NCBI GenBank assembly: GCA_965649765.1
Contig: OZ287749.1
Span: 95,542,001 to 95,606,000, forward strand
Length of the DNA: 64,000 nt
Origin: Bispira polyomma
Lineage: Eukaryota
Reading direction: 5' to 3'
The notes beneath the pieces are model-generated. The model had not been told where the DNA came from and did not search any database. It saw only the letters and a list, made by a program, of their open reading frames with translations. Numbering within the stretch: position 1 is the stretch's first letter; each line of letters begins with the position of its first letter. Below are positions 14,166 to 26,600 of this stretch, in pieces. Made by a program: the position numbers and the translations under genes.

Positions 14166-17100
14166 GTCTTTATGCACAAGAGTCGAATATTTATCATTAT
14201 GCTTAAGAAACCTTAATTAATGTTAATATGCGTGACACACAATATAATCCTGACAATAGAACACATGAAAGGGAAAAACAACATACTGGCAGACAGACTT
14301 TCACGTTGGTATGAATTAGAAGCGTTATGATGAATATAGCAATATCATCTTGAATAACTGCATTAGTCATGACGTCCCCGTATCAATGTTTACATTAGAC
14401 AATACTTTCTAATTACAGGCACTCCTTTTGCTGTCAGACCATTACTACAACGGGCAGCCAGAAGAATCACGGACAGTCACCGACCAAGAACAAAGAAAGC
14501 ATATGACAATCAGTTCAGACTTTATTTAGCATTTTAAGTATATTATGACATCAGTGACATTTTCTGCTTCAGCACAGTGATTTCTTTCTTTGAGTTTCTG
14601 CAACATTCTAACATTTCAATTAAATTTATCAACATTTATCTCTCTGCAATGAGACACACCTGCAAAGTGCTTAATATTACAGACACAGGTCTTTATTGCC
14701 CTAGGATTATACCTCAGATCTCTTGAGCTTTGAACGACCTATTCATCAAAAATCAAAGGAATTCAAAAACATATTCACCAAAAATCAAAGTAAAGTCGGA
14801 TAATATCGCGGTAGTGTCCGTTGTACAGTAAATTGCTAGCCATGTCACAGGCTTGCCAATCTCTTCAATTTCCTGATCTCTATAGAACTGCTTTTCTGTG
14901 TGCTTTCTTTGATTTTCTAAAGATTTTCAATTTGCCCTCTACATCAGGAATGATCTTTGACCCTATTACAAACATAACTAGATCTGATGTATTATTTGCA
15001 CCTCCAGGAAAAACATCTGATCCTCAAATGGTCGAAGACCAACCAAACATGTACAACTCCGAAAGTCATACAACTTCCCCAATAAAGAAACAGTTGGCTC
15101 TGCCCGGTGGAAACAGCACAGATATTGTTTCAGAAATACCCTTTGAAGATGAATGCCCCTTTGTTAACAGATCCTTCTGCAAATGGGAAATGCTTGTTTG
15201 ACTCAAAACTGAGAGAAGTTTTAAAACAAATCCTCACAAGGTATTGCCTGTGAGGGCCACTCCTTCCACTGTTTCCGCCGGCCAGGGGTTTCATTTGCCT
15301 TTAATCATAATATAAAACTGCAGGATATACAAAAACATGGTTGTTGGAAGACTGATGCAGTTTGGGCATATTGAGAATCTACTTCACATTCTGCTTCCAT
15401 AATTCCTTCTACCTTTGCATCTCTTATCCGCTTTTCTTTTTGATTTGGCTTTGGCAATGTTTTAAAAATTTTAAACATTTTAAAAGTTTCCTGTATAGAT
15501 GTAAATACATACAAAGGTATGAAAATAAATACTAGCATCAGACTTCATTACCTCTACAAAGCCAACAACTGCACTTGTAATTATCGCACTGGCTATACAG
15601 GTCAGATATATGGCATAGGACCTTAATGGTCAAAATCAATGAGCATTCACTTGAACTCTTTTAACCTTGAAAGTCACACTGGTGCATTTCATAGCGACTG
15701 TCCAAGAATGGATAGTCCTAAATATACAAGAAAATGTTCTCAGTCGCTTAAAGTTTCAAGGACTAGTGCATGTCAAAGCCAGGTATAACACATGATTAAA
15801 ACCAGTTCGGAGATACATGATATATATCATCAACTGTACATAAAAAATTATATGAATTTGAATGACTGCAATATATGCATACAAAGATAAGGTAAAAATC
15901 TAAAATTATAGAAGTAGTACAAACCTCGTAATAAATTAAAAATATGTGTATCGTGTAATGTGTATAACATAATATATGGGGACGTTATTCAACAGACCCG
16001 TACGTACACGTATCTTCATGTTTAATATTACATCACATAAAAAGTGTCAAGCAAAGTTAAATCTCGACTAAACTACCCAGGTTTTTATAATGGGGGAGGT
16101 CGGGAAAATGTCCACTTGTTGACAATTTGGTTTCTTAAATAGTTCACGAAATAGGCGGCAAAAGTCAATGAAAGCAAAATGTGTGGATACATTTAGAGTA
16201 AAACTACAAACTTTCCTTGACTGACTTGTCATGCTGTTAAGCCCGGCAGTGACTTACAAACCAGTGAAAGCGCCCGAGAGGGGAGAGAAATGCTAAGGTG
16301 GTGGGCCAGTCTGGAGAAATATGTTTTTGAGTTCGTTCCCAAAAGAATTATGTTCTGTGTGGGATCTGACAGCTGATGGTGGCCTGTTACATTCCACAGG
16401 AGCAGCAACTTGAGAGCCACACTGTCCAATTTGTCTATTTAGATAAACAGTCGCTACTGAAAGTATATTTCCCTTTTTGAAAGTCTTTTGTGACTTATTT
16501 AAACTGTTATACATAAAATTTAAGATTTTTCTTGACCAGAAGAAGAAATAATTTGGAATTATGTTAAACTAAATATATACATATTCTCTATTAGTGTCTT
16601 TCTTACAAATATCAGCCAAATAACTGAATTGGACCGGTATCCGGCCTGGAAAAACACTAAAAAATACTATACAGATAAATGTTTTACTTCTGATTATGTC
16701 CAGTGTGTAAGTAATTTTTAACACTATGACTTGCACTTCTTGACAAAAGAGATAATTTGGTGATAAAGTGGGGTTTTAAAGACAGTAGATAAAGTATTGC
16801 TTGGACATGACATATGATAATGTAATTTATTTGTGATAATGTCATTTATGTACATTGTAGTTATTTTCCCCACCATTTTCAGTAGTCATCCAAGCCATTA
16901 TTTGACTAGAAAGCCCAGACTAGGATTGAACACAGGCCCTCTGTTTGCCAAAGTTATTATTATTATTATTAAACATTTTGAACACGCTTTATTGATGCTA
17001 GGCATATTCTCAAGTGCAACAACAGGATCAGTGTACAGGAGGGAACTAAGGTCGGTAAACAAGGCTAAAGAGATAGTTTTTAAGTTTTAAGTGTTTCTTG

Positions 17101-19753
17101 GGATATCTGAGGTCAACTGGGAGACTGTTCCATAACAAAATTTGCAAGTTACATCTTTGTACTGTACATGTCTCAAGCGGCTTAAAGGGTGTCTATTTGC
17201 GAATACATCAAAAATCTGCCGGCCGGTACCTGGACAAAGGTTGCCAGTGATAGAGGACCAGCATTGTCCATCATAGGTTATAAAGAGTTGGATGTACATA
17301 GAATTGAACCCAAGTCAGCTGTGTTCTAAATTAAGTGGGTTACCTAACTAGCCAGGTGGTTCAAAAGTCAATATACATGACAACATTTTCATTACAAAAA
17401 AATGGACTACCCTTTCACATAAAAATGGTAGACTTAACAGACAACATAAGAATTCACTTGTACATGTAGTCAAGTGGTTCTTGAGATATTCTAGCTCTAC
17501 TAGAGAACCATATTTAGTAATAACACTGTGTTCAATATACTGCCTTTAGACCATATGACCATCTTGGCAATGGTTCCAACACACACACGTATAGGCAGTG
17601 AATGTTTGTCAAAGTATAATAGATATAAGCAAAACTTGATGTTTATACTATTATTACATGAATAATAACATCAAATTACCTCATTTTGGAGTTTCTTTAT
17701 TCTGACAATTTGAATATAGGTACCTGTAGTAGGCTGATCAACAGCTAAACGAAACATTTGCAATAATGCTAGCCCTTCTTGCTGCAGAAATCATTGCCAT
17801 ATTGTATAAATAAATTAAAAACACTTCTATGTAACCTGTTATGCCATTCAATTGTTGGTGCCATAGAATTTGATGGTCAAACGATGAGGCTCCTTAAAAT
17901 ACTTAAACAACAAATAAAGCTATGATAGAATAAACACAAAGAAAGCAAATTCTGTAATACATATGGTAGAAATAAGTTACATAAGTGACAAAATATCGAA
18001 CTCTCAACAACCAATTAGATTAAGTGTCTTCATTTTCTCAAGGTTGCACATGAATTAATTGTGATGGAAAAATTTGAGCTGTTGTAAGAAATTAATTTGT
18101 TTGTAGGTGACAAACTGACAAATATACACATTGCATTTTTAACCATGATAGATCATATGTTTATTCTTTACCACTATAAACATTATAATTTGACTACATA
18201 TGTACAAGATAAACATGATAAATACACACTGTGTAAAGTTGCTTTTTACATACCAACGAAATAAAATAACTCATTGAACATCTATGACCAATAAATATTT
18301 CCCACCTTTTGTCCATTTGTCGTCTGCTACAAGTTACCCTGGAGACAGGCTTACTGCTGTAATGTCTGCTTGTGGAGGTCAAAGGTTTAGAGCAGTGGGA
18401 ATCTGTCTGAGACACAATCTACAGTGATTTGCCCCACAAAACTGTTCCTTGGAAGTCACGATTACTTGACAATCTAGCTAAGAGATTGGTGTTTAGATTT
18501 ATAAGCTGCTTGGTCCCCATTAATCACATTTCCTCACTATTTTTATCTTTTCCATCTTTTATTTTTCCCGAAGTAAAATGTCACCTTTGTAAAAACAATC
18601 ACTTCTAGGAGAGGGTTTCTTTTGGTGGCATTCCCATAGTTCCTTTGAAGTATATAATACCTTAATCCATACACACAATAGCAAAATTGTGGATTGGGCA
18701 GAGATATCTATTTTTATCAATATTTTCAGAATTTGACATATTATTTACATTTTCTCCACAAATTATTCTGTCCAATTGCCCATACCTGGTGACTTAAAGC
18801 CCCTGAAGTAAAGTTATTTTTGTGTCCTTTAATCATATCCCAATAACCACATTCGATTTCATAAAAGTTTCATTCCAGATATTGTGTTCCAACTAGAGTA
18901 TGTCTTACTGTCAAAATTGCCATAGGTCAGAATTCCTCCATATGCATTTCAATTGATTTGTTATTTAAATTTATAAACAGTTTTGACTTATAAGCCAACT
19001 GAGTCTTGGACACTTATCTTATTGTTTGCTTCTCTTTTGAGGGCCTTACATTACACTACATTGGACTGAATGAACTAATGAAATAACTAATAAACTACAG
19101 CGTATTTAATGTGAGTTAAGGTCACCTTTCACAAACTATGTAACTGGGGATCAGCTGACATAAAACACCCTAGAGTCACATACAGTCTGGAAATAGTTTA
19201 CAAGTTGAGTGCTTACTGAGCAGATTGGTTTTGACAGATTGGACTGTGGTGGGACCACACATTACATATGAGAATGGTGTTGGTGACAGGATGAAGAGGT
19301 GTGTGTGTGTGGGTGGAGGAGATGACTGGGGAGGGGGACTTAGAGTATAAATATCTTAACACGTTCCTCTTTTCAATCATTGAAAACTGGGGTGAGATCA
19401 AGGGGGTGTGGGGAAAAGGGGGATGTGGTCTATCCATCTGTGGAATGACGTCATAGCATATTGCAGCTTAGCGTTTGATTACTTTCTAACAAAGGGGCAG
19501 AAACATTAATGACTTGGATTCGTGAAATGATTTTTTAGTTTTGCAATAACATTTTTCTGATACTCTTAAACACCTATATTTGACACAGTTTAATTGAAAT
19601 GGGTCTATGGCCAACGGATACATTTATTGGAAGTTTTTGAAGTGACCATAATTTCAAAAATATGGATTGGTGTGGTTTTAAGTAGAATAGACATATCTTA
19701 AATCTGCATATTTGGGTTGCTGCTTGCACACTCTATTGAAATGAAAGTTCAAG

Positions 19754-20131
19754 AGAGCAATCTATGTGATATCTGAGTTTAAGCATAACCATTGAGTTTA
19801 AAGCTTTAGAGCGATCTATGTGATATCTGAGTTTAAGCATAACCATTGAGTTTAAAGCTTTAGAGCGATCTATGTGATATCTGAGTTTAAGCATAACCAT
19901 TGAGTTTAAAGCTTTAGAGCGATCTATGTGATATCTGAGTTTAAGCATAACCATTGAGTTTAAAGCTTTAGAGCGATCTATGTGATATCTGAGTTTAAGC
20001 ATAACCATTGAGTTTAAAGCTTTAGAGCGATCTATGTGATATCTGAGTTTAAGCATAACCATTGAGTTTAAAGCTTTAGAGCGATCTATGTGATATCTGA
20101 GTTTAAGCATAACCATTGAGTTTAAAGCTTT
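19754..20131. repeat. Tandem array, 7 x 54 bp
   Basis: Unit AGAGCGATCTATGTGATATCTGAGTTTAAGCATAACCATTGAGTTTAAAGCTTT. The copies are essentially identical. Confidence 0.95.
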
Positions 20132-20199
20132 TGCTAAACACATTATCTGATATTTTTCAAATTACCCTCAAATACTGAATTAGCCTTTTATCCCAGGTG

Positions 20200-20830
20200 T
20201 ATTACACTAACTAGCTTAAGTTTCAGGTGCACATTATTTTGATGTAATGTATAGATAATTCTGATAAAATCCTGATAATTTAAATTAAAACATTTATAAT
20301 TCAGTAACTTTATTAGCAGGGGTTATTCTTTCTTACCATTACACTACTTTAAAGGGACAACAACTACTATATGGTCATCTGGGTACACTTCTTTTGATTG
20401 AAATATTTTGCATGTCGATTTTGGGGTAGCATTTGTCAAAATTTAGCACCAGCAAACACTGTTAAACAACTTTTATTTTTATAAAATGACATTATAAAAC
20501 TGTAAAAGAGGCATTTATTAATCTACATTATATTTTATTACAGAAAATGTAAGCAAAAACACAGGTTATATCCTTTGCTCTTTAATTTAAACAAAGTCCT
20601 GATACAACAGAAAAACGGTAATGCCAAGATTTATGTTGCAGTAACTCTCTCAGATAATATAAAGTTTTTTGGGAGTAAAAGGGAGAAGGAGAACTGTCAA
20701 GTTGGGAAAACTAACAACAAGAAATACTGACCCTGGAGGACTGGAGGACAGTGAAATCAGTAGAGCTGTTGTCTATCACATTAGTCCTCTTATAAATTTA
20801 ACTATAGAAATCATTGTTGTACATATGATT
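20200..20830. repeat. Dispersed repeat family, copies also at ~52860-53280 and ~54020-54600
   Basis: Shared ATAAAACTGT.., GGTTATATC.TTTGC..TTAATTT, and GAAATACTGACCC.GGAGGAC blocks. Confidence 0.7.
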
Positions 20831-21944
20831 ATAACCAAGATACACCCATCACACATTGCCTTATAGTACATTCCTTAATGACGTAGTAGATGTATTCTTA
20901 AATGCACATGAAGATTTTTTATAGTAAGACTTTTAGTAAAAATCAGGATACATGCATATAACAATTTTTACAGAATTTTCTCTTAAACTTTGCAAAGACA
21001 TTAGCACTTCTTATTATATGCAGCAGGCTGGCTGGTTGACTGCCTGGCTGGCTGGCTGGCTCAGTGGATGGTGGACTGACCCACAACTTGGTCCGGTTGT
21101 ACTTCAGCATAGTGTCCTTCCTCTTGGTCATTCTCCCGATGTTAACAATCAAGAAGGCGCACTTGTTAAGAATCCAATTAATGCTCTGCGTGTGTTTCGT
21201 AGGAGCAGATCCAAAGGCTAGGATGTATGTATTGCAGCAGATGTTGCACATGTTGGTCCACCACTGCATTAGCTGTTCACAGTTATATATAATAAAAAAT
21301 ATAATATGAACACAATTTAAATCGCACTGATTTTACCCTATAAATCCCATTATCAGAAAAAACACTTTACTCCCTTAATATTGCCGGTTACCTGAGGTTG
21401 TAATATACATTAATTAAAAGGTAAAAAAATTAAAAATAATAAGAAAACCACTCTTGTCGTTTTCAGCTGCCTTCTCTGCCCAGAGTGCTATCTTCTCTGG
21501 CATTGGACAAGGGGCAACAGCACTTGATGTCAGTCCGAAGTGGCTGGCACATTTGAATTATTAAGCCTAACCCCTCCCCCCCCCCATTTTTCACTCTAGG
21601 GCCAGCAATGGACTGTCCCTGGTTGAGTCAAAGTGTCAGAAAAAGGGCGCCAAAAGTCCCAGTGGGGCCCCACTCCTCAGTTGTTAAAAAGTGTTTGCTG
21701 GAGAAGGGTGCTTTTAGAGGACTTTTAAAGGAGCAATTTATGCTTATTTTGGCTTGCAAAAGTCTATCTCTAGGGGACGTATAATCTTTCTTAATCCACG
21801 CATTGCGTGTTTAACTTGTCAGATTTCATTCTGCAAGTTTTAGTCTCTATTTTAACATACGTACCTAGATTTATAAGCATAACCTGCAGAATCCACATTT
21901 TATATTTTCCAGATCTCAGACATTATTTAGACTATTTGTAGAAA

Positions 21945-23192
21945 GTGGATAATAAGCAAAACGATGCTAACAAAACAGCGTACTGTAAACAGTGTGAAAT
22001 TGTTCACCAACGACCTGTGGGACGTCAATGTGTGCTGAGAACACCTGTGGACATCAATGGCCCGGCGACGAGAGGACGGCAGCGGGGGCAGCCGCAGCAG
22101 GAGGTGGATAAATCCGTGGCTAAAGGTAAGAATAAGAAGAAAGAGTCTTTGTTACACGAAGTCAGGCAAGAGGATGCCGAAGAGGGACAGGAACAGAGTA
22201 GTACATTAAACATTATATTGGATAAACTGTTCAAGTTGGAAAGTGACATGAGTGAGGTGAGATGGGGTCAAAGGACTGATCTGGTTATGCCAGAGAGGAT
22301 ATCGTATAGTTCGCCAGCACGGCGTGGCTACACAAGGGACACTTCTGAGGATAGTGAACGGGACTATGATTATAAGCCACGTGACAAGAGGCAGAGAAAA
22401 CCCCAACCATGTTATGACCCCTCAACACCCAGACCAGCTGAAGACACTGACTCTGACTCTGACATCTTACCAAGTAAGGACTTCCTGAAGACGAACGAGC
22501 AGATCCAGGCTCAGGTGGACCAGAGGCTGAGGCGCCACAAAGCTAGGTACTACCGTTCACCAGATCATGGTAAGAAGCTTAAATCTGGGTTGCAAAGGAC
22601 ATCTGAGTATCATGTAAAACACATAATTAACTGGCCTCATGAGTTGTGCTACAATGTAGCGGGTAAAAAACAGCCAGTGTACGATGAGTTGACCCCTTTA
22701 ATGTGGTTCCAGGGCTATCTAGGTTGTGTGTATGAGGAAAAGAATGAGAAAATTCGTGATAATATGTTAAGGTATGGGATGCCATTAATGAGAGACGCAT
22801 TAGAAACCTCTTGGTATATGGTGAAAAGTGCTCACTGCCAAATCCTACTTGAAATGGAAAAGGGCAAGGTCAGTTGGAAAAACTTAAGCGAGATACATGA
22901 GCTAAGGGCAAGATTGACCCAACGTATACTTAAGGACAGTAACCACCAGGAGAATTCTCAAAGTACCTCCAACCACTCAAAGAGTAAGACTAAGGGTAAT
23001 GTTGTCATGTGTAGTGCCTACAATAAGGGTACCTGTAGTCAAAGTGACGATCATGTCTTTGGTAATTTGATACTCAAGCACCCTTGTACAAAATGCTTCA
23101 GTAGGGACAAAAAGATTCAGCTCCACAGGGAGACTCAGTGTGGAAAGACCAGTAGTTATACAAAAGAAATTTCCAAAGGTCCCCACCATTGA
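21945..23192 (+). CDS. Gag-like ORF1 of element 2 (415 aa, GTG start)
   Basis: N-terminal CxxCxxxHxRPVGxxC motif. C-terminal CSAYNKGTC..H..HPCTKC..HRETQC zinc fingers. Confidence 0.75.
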   Translation: MDNKQNDANKTAYCKQCEIVHQRPVGRQCVLRTPVDINGPATRGRQRGQPQQEVDKSVAKGKNKKKESLLHEVRQEDAEEGQEQSSTLNIILDKLFKLESDMSEVRWGQRTDLVMPERISYSSPARRGYTRDTSEDSERDYDYKPRDKRQRKPQPCYDPSTPRPAEDTDSDSDILPSKDFLKTNEQIQAQVDQRLRRHKARYYRSPDHGKKLKSGLQRTSEYHVKHIINWPHELCYNVAGKKQPVYDELTPLMWFQGYLGCVYEEKNEKIRDNMLRYGMPLMRDALETSWYMVKSAHCQILLEMEKGKVSWKNLSEIHELRARLTQRILKDSNHQENSQSTSNHSKSKTKGNVVMCSAYNKGTCSQSDDHVFGNLILKHPCTKCFSRDKKIQLHRETQCGKTSSYTKEISKGPHH

Positions 23193-23280
23193 CAGCCAAT
23201 AGTTGCAAGAGTCATTTGGAATAGTAGTTGCAAATTGAGATTGGGTAATGTTGATTGTGTAAATAAGGTACAGATTAAGG

Positions 23281-23656
23281 AATAATAATAATAATAATTG
23301 AACCATTTATATAGCGCCAAATTGATGAAAACATCCTCTAAGGCGCTGGTATGCAAAAAGGGATAATCAAGGGGCAAGCAAAGGTCGTTACCAAAAAGCA
23401 TCCACCAAGGGAAGGGTGACTAAGGAGGGGGGTAGGCCAGTCTGTAAAGGTAGGTTTTCAGATGGCTTCTAAAACCAGAAATTTTATCCTGTGATCTAAC
23501 AGTATGAGGGAGTTTGTTCCATTCAACAGGAGCTGCAACGGCAAAACAGCGCCTACCGATTTTTCTGTTTGGTTGGGTTGAGGAGACGGAGAGGCGGTTT
23601 CCCCGGGTAAGGCTACTAGATTTGATAAGTGAGGAGAGATAGGGAGGTTGTGTAGA
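23281..23656 (-). mobile_element. L2-group LINE 3' fragment inserted in element 2
   Basis: ORF end ..AAPVEWNKLP..FRSHLKTYLYRLAYPPP*, short 3' UTR and (TTA)n tail. Confidence 0.85.
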
Positions 23657-26600
23657 GCACAAAAGTGCAGGTGTAAAGAATATTAAAGGTAGTGTAGAAA
23701 GTAAAAATGTTATTTCTGTGCCAGTGGCACAAAAAAATGTGTAAAAGTGTGTCAGTGAATGTAAATAGTGTAAATTCTGTGAATGGGAAGGTCAGGGCCC
23801 CAAAGGGTTTCCGTGAGCCAATTCAGAGAGAAATGCAAAGTAAGTCCCCCTCTACTAAAAAGGGCGGGAAGAGTCAGTGTACAAAGTTGTTTACAGCGGG
23901 TTACCCGCGAAATATATATAGTACTAACCGTGTATTATGTAAAGATCAAGAAATTGCTAACAAAGTTGACAGGCCTGGTGGTAAACAAGTTGACACCACG
24001 GGCGTACAAACAAAACAGTGTGACACAAAGTTACAGGAAGGTGTGAAAAAACTAAAGTATATAGAAACCCCCAGTGAGGGGGGGTGTGGGGGGGTTTCTT
24101 TCTCCCTGCATCCCTCACGATCAATTCAGGGCAAACCCCTTTGTCACACCCCAAAGGTGTTCAAACAATTGTGTGTCAGAAAACCAAACAATCAGGGAAA
24201 AGCCCCTAATGACATTTCAATGTGAAAGGCATTTGCCAAGAAAAACCCCTCACAAAGAAAAGACAAAGTTAAATGTCTAGGTGTCAAATCAAGTGAAAAC
24301 TTTGGTTTCATGTGTATTTACAAAGCTGTGTCAAGAATTCCTGACGTCAAAAATAGGGTAAAGTTTAATTCACTAGAGCAGTGGGCGGTGACAGCTCATG
24401 AAAGAGTTAGTGTAATGGGGTGTCCCAATTACTTGGGGGCACGCATACCTGTCCCTTCTGAATTGAAAATGAGGGCCTGGCGCCAAGTGTTACAAGGGGA
24501 TGGGGATACGCTTTTGCCTGAGTATCTGGAGTTTGGATTTCCCCTTGACATAAAAACGGACAACTTTGTTTTTAATAGTAAGGTAACCAATCATGACAGC
24601 GCATTGCAATTTCCAGAGAGTGTGGACAAGTACTTTGTCACAGAACGTCTTCACAAAGCAATTGCAGGTCCCTTTAATGAAATTCCTTACAAACAATTAC
24701 ACTGTTCACCTGTTATGACCAGACCTAAAGGTGATAACACAAGGCGACTTATTGTTGATCTCTGGCCCCATGATAAAACTTCTGTTAATAGTGTGGTCAC
24801 TGAGGGTATTTATGATGGGCAAGGCTTTGTTCTCACTCTCCTGACAGTGGACATATTAGTTGATCGAATCAATTAAATTGGTCCTACAGCTAAATTGTAT
24901 AAGCTGAATTTCTCACGGGCATTCAGGAACCTGCGCATTGATCCGGGTGATTATAAATATACAGGTTTGCGTTGGAGAGAAAAAACTTATATAGATTTGG
25001 CTGTAATGATGGGTTACAAACATGGGACGGCCGTATGTGAACGGATGACGGACATTATGAGTAGCAAGCAATACCATATTTGGAATTACATCGACGATCT
25101 GGTTGCCGTGGAAACAAATGATAAGGCAAAAGCTTCTTTTGACCAACTGTACAAATTGATTGAGTATTTAGGTTTGCCCATCAATCTGAAAAAAGTTTTC
25201 CCCCCTGCAGAAGAAGTCGTCTGCATGGGTATCTTGGTTAAAAACTCAATCAAATCAAAAATATTTGTAAGCAGTGGAAAACAAAAAACAGCTGTAAAAG
25301 GAGAGAATTGCAATCAATTTTGGGCAAGCTACTCTGTGTGCACAGATGTGTCGTTCCCGCTCGTTTGTTCCTCAACCGTATGCTTAAACTGCTCAGGGAG
25401 ACGAACCCGCGTAAGCAAATTATTATTACCAGGGAATTCAAGGTGGATCTAAATTGGTTTAAACTTCAACGGAGTGGTGGAAATGCACCTTAAGAGCGAA
25501 ACAGTACATGAGTTATTTGTAGACGCCTCCCTGGTAGGTATTGGAGCACTATGGGAAAACAATGTTTACGCGGTTGCTCTCCCGCCTGAAAAACCACAAA
25601 CATTTGGAATAGTGCATTATGAGATGTGGAATGTGCTGGTGGCTTTACGTGTGTGGGGTAAATGTTTTAAGAACTCCACAGTAAAGTTATGGTGTGACAA
25701 TGGTGCAGTAGTAGCAGGGCTTAACTCCAGCCGTTTTCATGACCAGGGGCTAGGGGTAATGGCTAGGTCAATTTGGCTTGAGACTGCAAAAAATAACATC
25801 AAATTGGACGTAGTCCATATAGCTGTGGTTAAAAACACGCAGGCTGACCATTTGTCTCGCATGCTAATACCAGGTTATAAAAACATGAAAGTGCAGGTTG
25901 AGTTGGCCAAAAAGAAATGGTGGGTAGTTACTCTAGACTGGAATCTGCCTTTACTGTCAGGACACAAAAGGCCTATACCAATTCTATCAGATTATTTCTG
26001 GTGTTTGCCATATTCCTGGGGGAGGCCCAAATAACCTCCCTCTGCTTTCTATTGCAATTCATGGACTATTTAGCTCAGCAGGGTTTAAAACCTCCCTCTA
26101 TACAAAATTATCTCTCAGCTGTGAAATATCATTTCAATTTGTGTAGTTTCCCAGTAGCAAATTTTTCTGACCCTCAAATTAAATTATTCTTCAAATCCCT
26201 CGCCATGTCTACCCTTACTCTCCTAGACTAAAGGGTATAATAACTCTTCTCACTGCTATCATACAGCAATCTTCCACATTCCCACATGCATATGTGTATA
26301 AAGCGTTGTTTCTCACTGCTTTTTTCGTTTTTTTCCGATTGTCTAATCTAGTCCCTACTAGTATTACTCAATTTAATCTGGAGACACCTTACGTGTCAGG
26401 ATTTTGTCTGGGGCTCACCTGGAGTGCATGTAGTACTCAGGTGGGCTAAAAATCTGCAAAGTACAACCAATATCACGTGGTCCAGCTCCCAGCATTGGGG
26501 ATGTCAGAGGTGTGCCCTGTGGCGGCTTTAAAGTACATGTTTAAAAAAAATGGCACTCAGAAGGAGTCTCCCGTGTTTACTTGTAGAATAAATAGGCACT

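Larger units (their letters stand above)
4756..15470 (+). mobile_element. Degenerate DIRS/Ngaro-type YR retrotransposon (element 1) with nested insertions
   Basis: gag remnants at 4756-6040 (CSKC..RPVGLRC, WPN, YDEL, HIYAHCYK..HPEARC). RT/RNase H at 11777-13060 and 14166-14412 (FRNLRVDP, YIDD, VDACLTGIGG, SDN). YR at 14419-15440. Many stops and frameshifts. Confidence 0.85.

Noticed and set aside
19733-20143. 136-aa repetitive ORF, or a CRISPR-like array
   Set aside because: It is a by-product of a 54-bp tandem repeat. There are no unique spacers and no cas genes, and the context is eukaryotic.
20943-21309. Overlapping ORFs on both strands
   Set aside because: No recognisable domain, and partly built from a (GGCT)n microsatellite.
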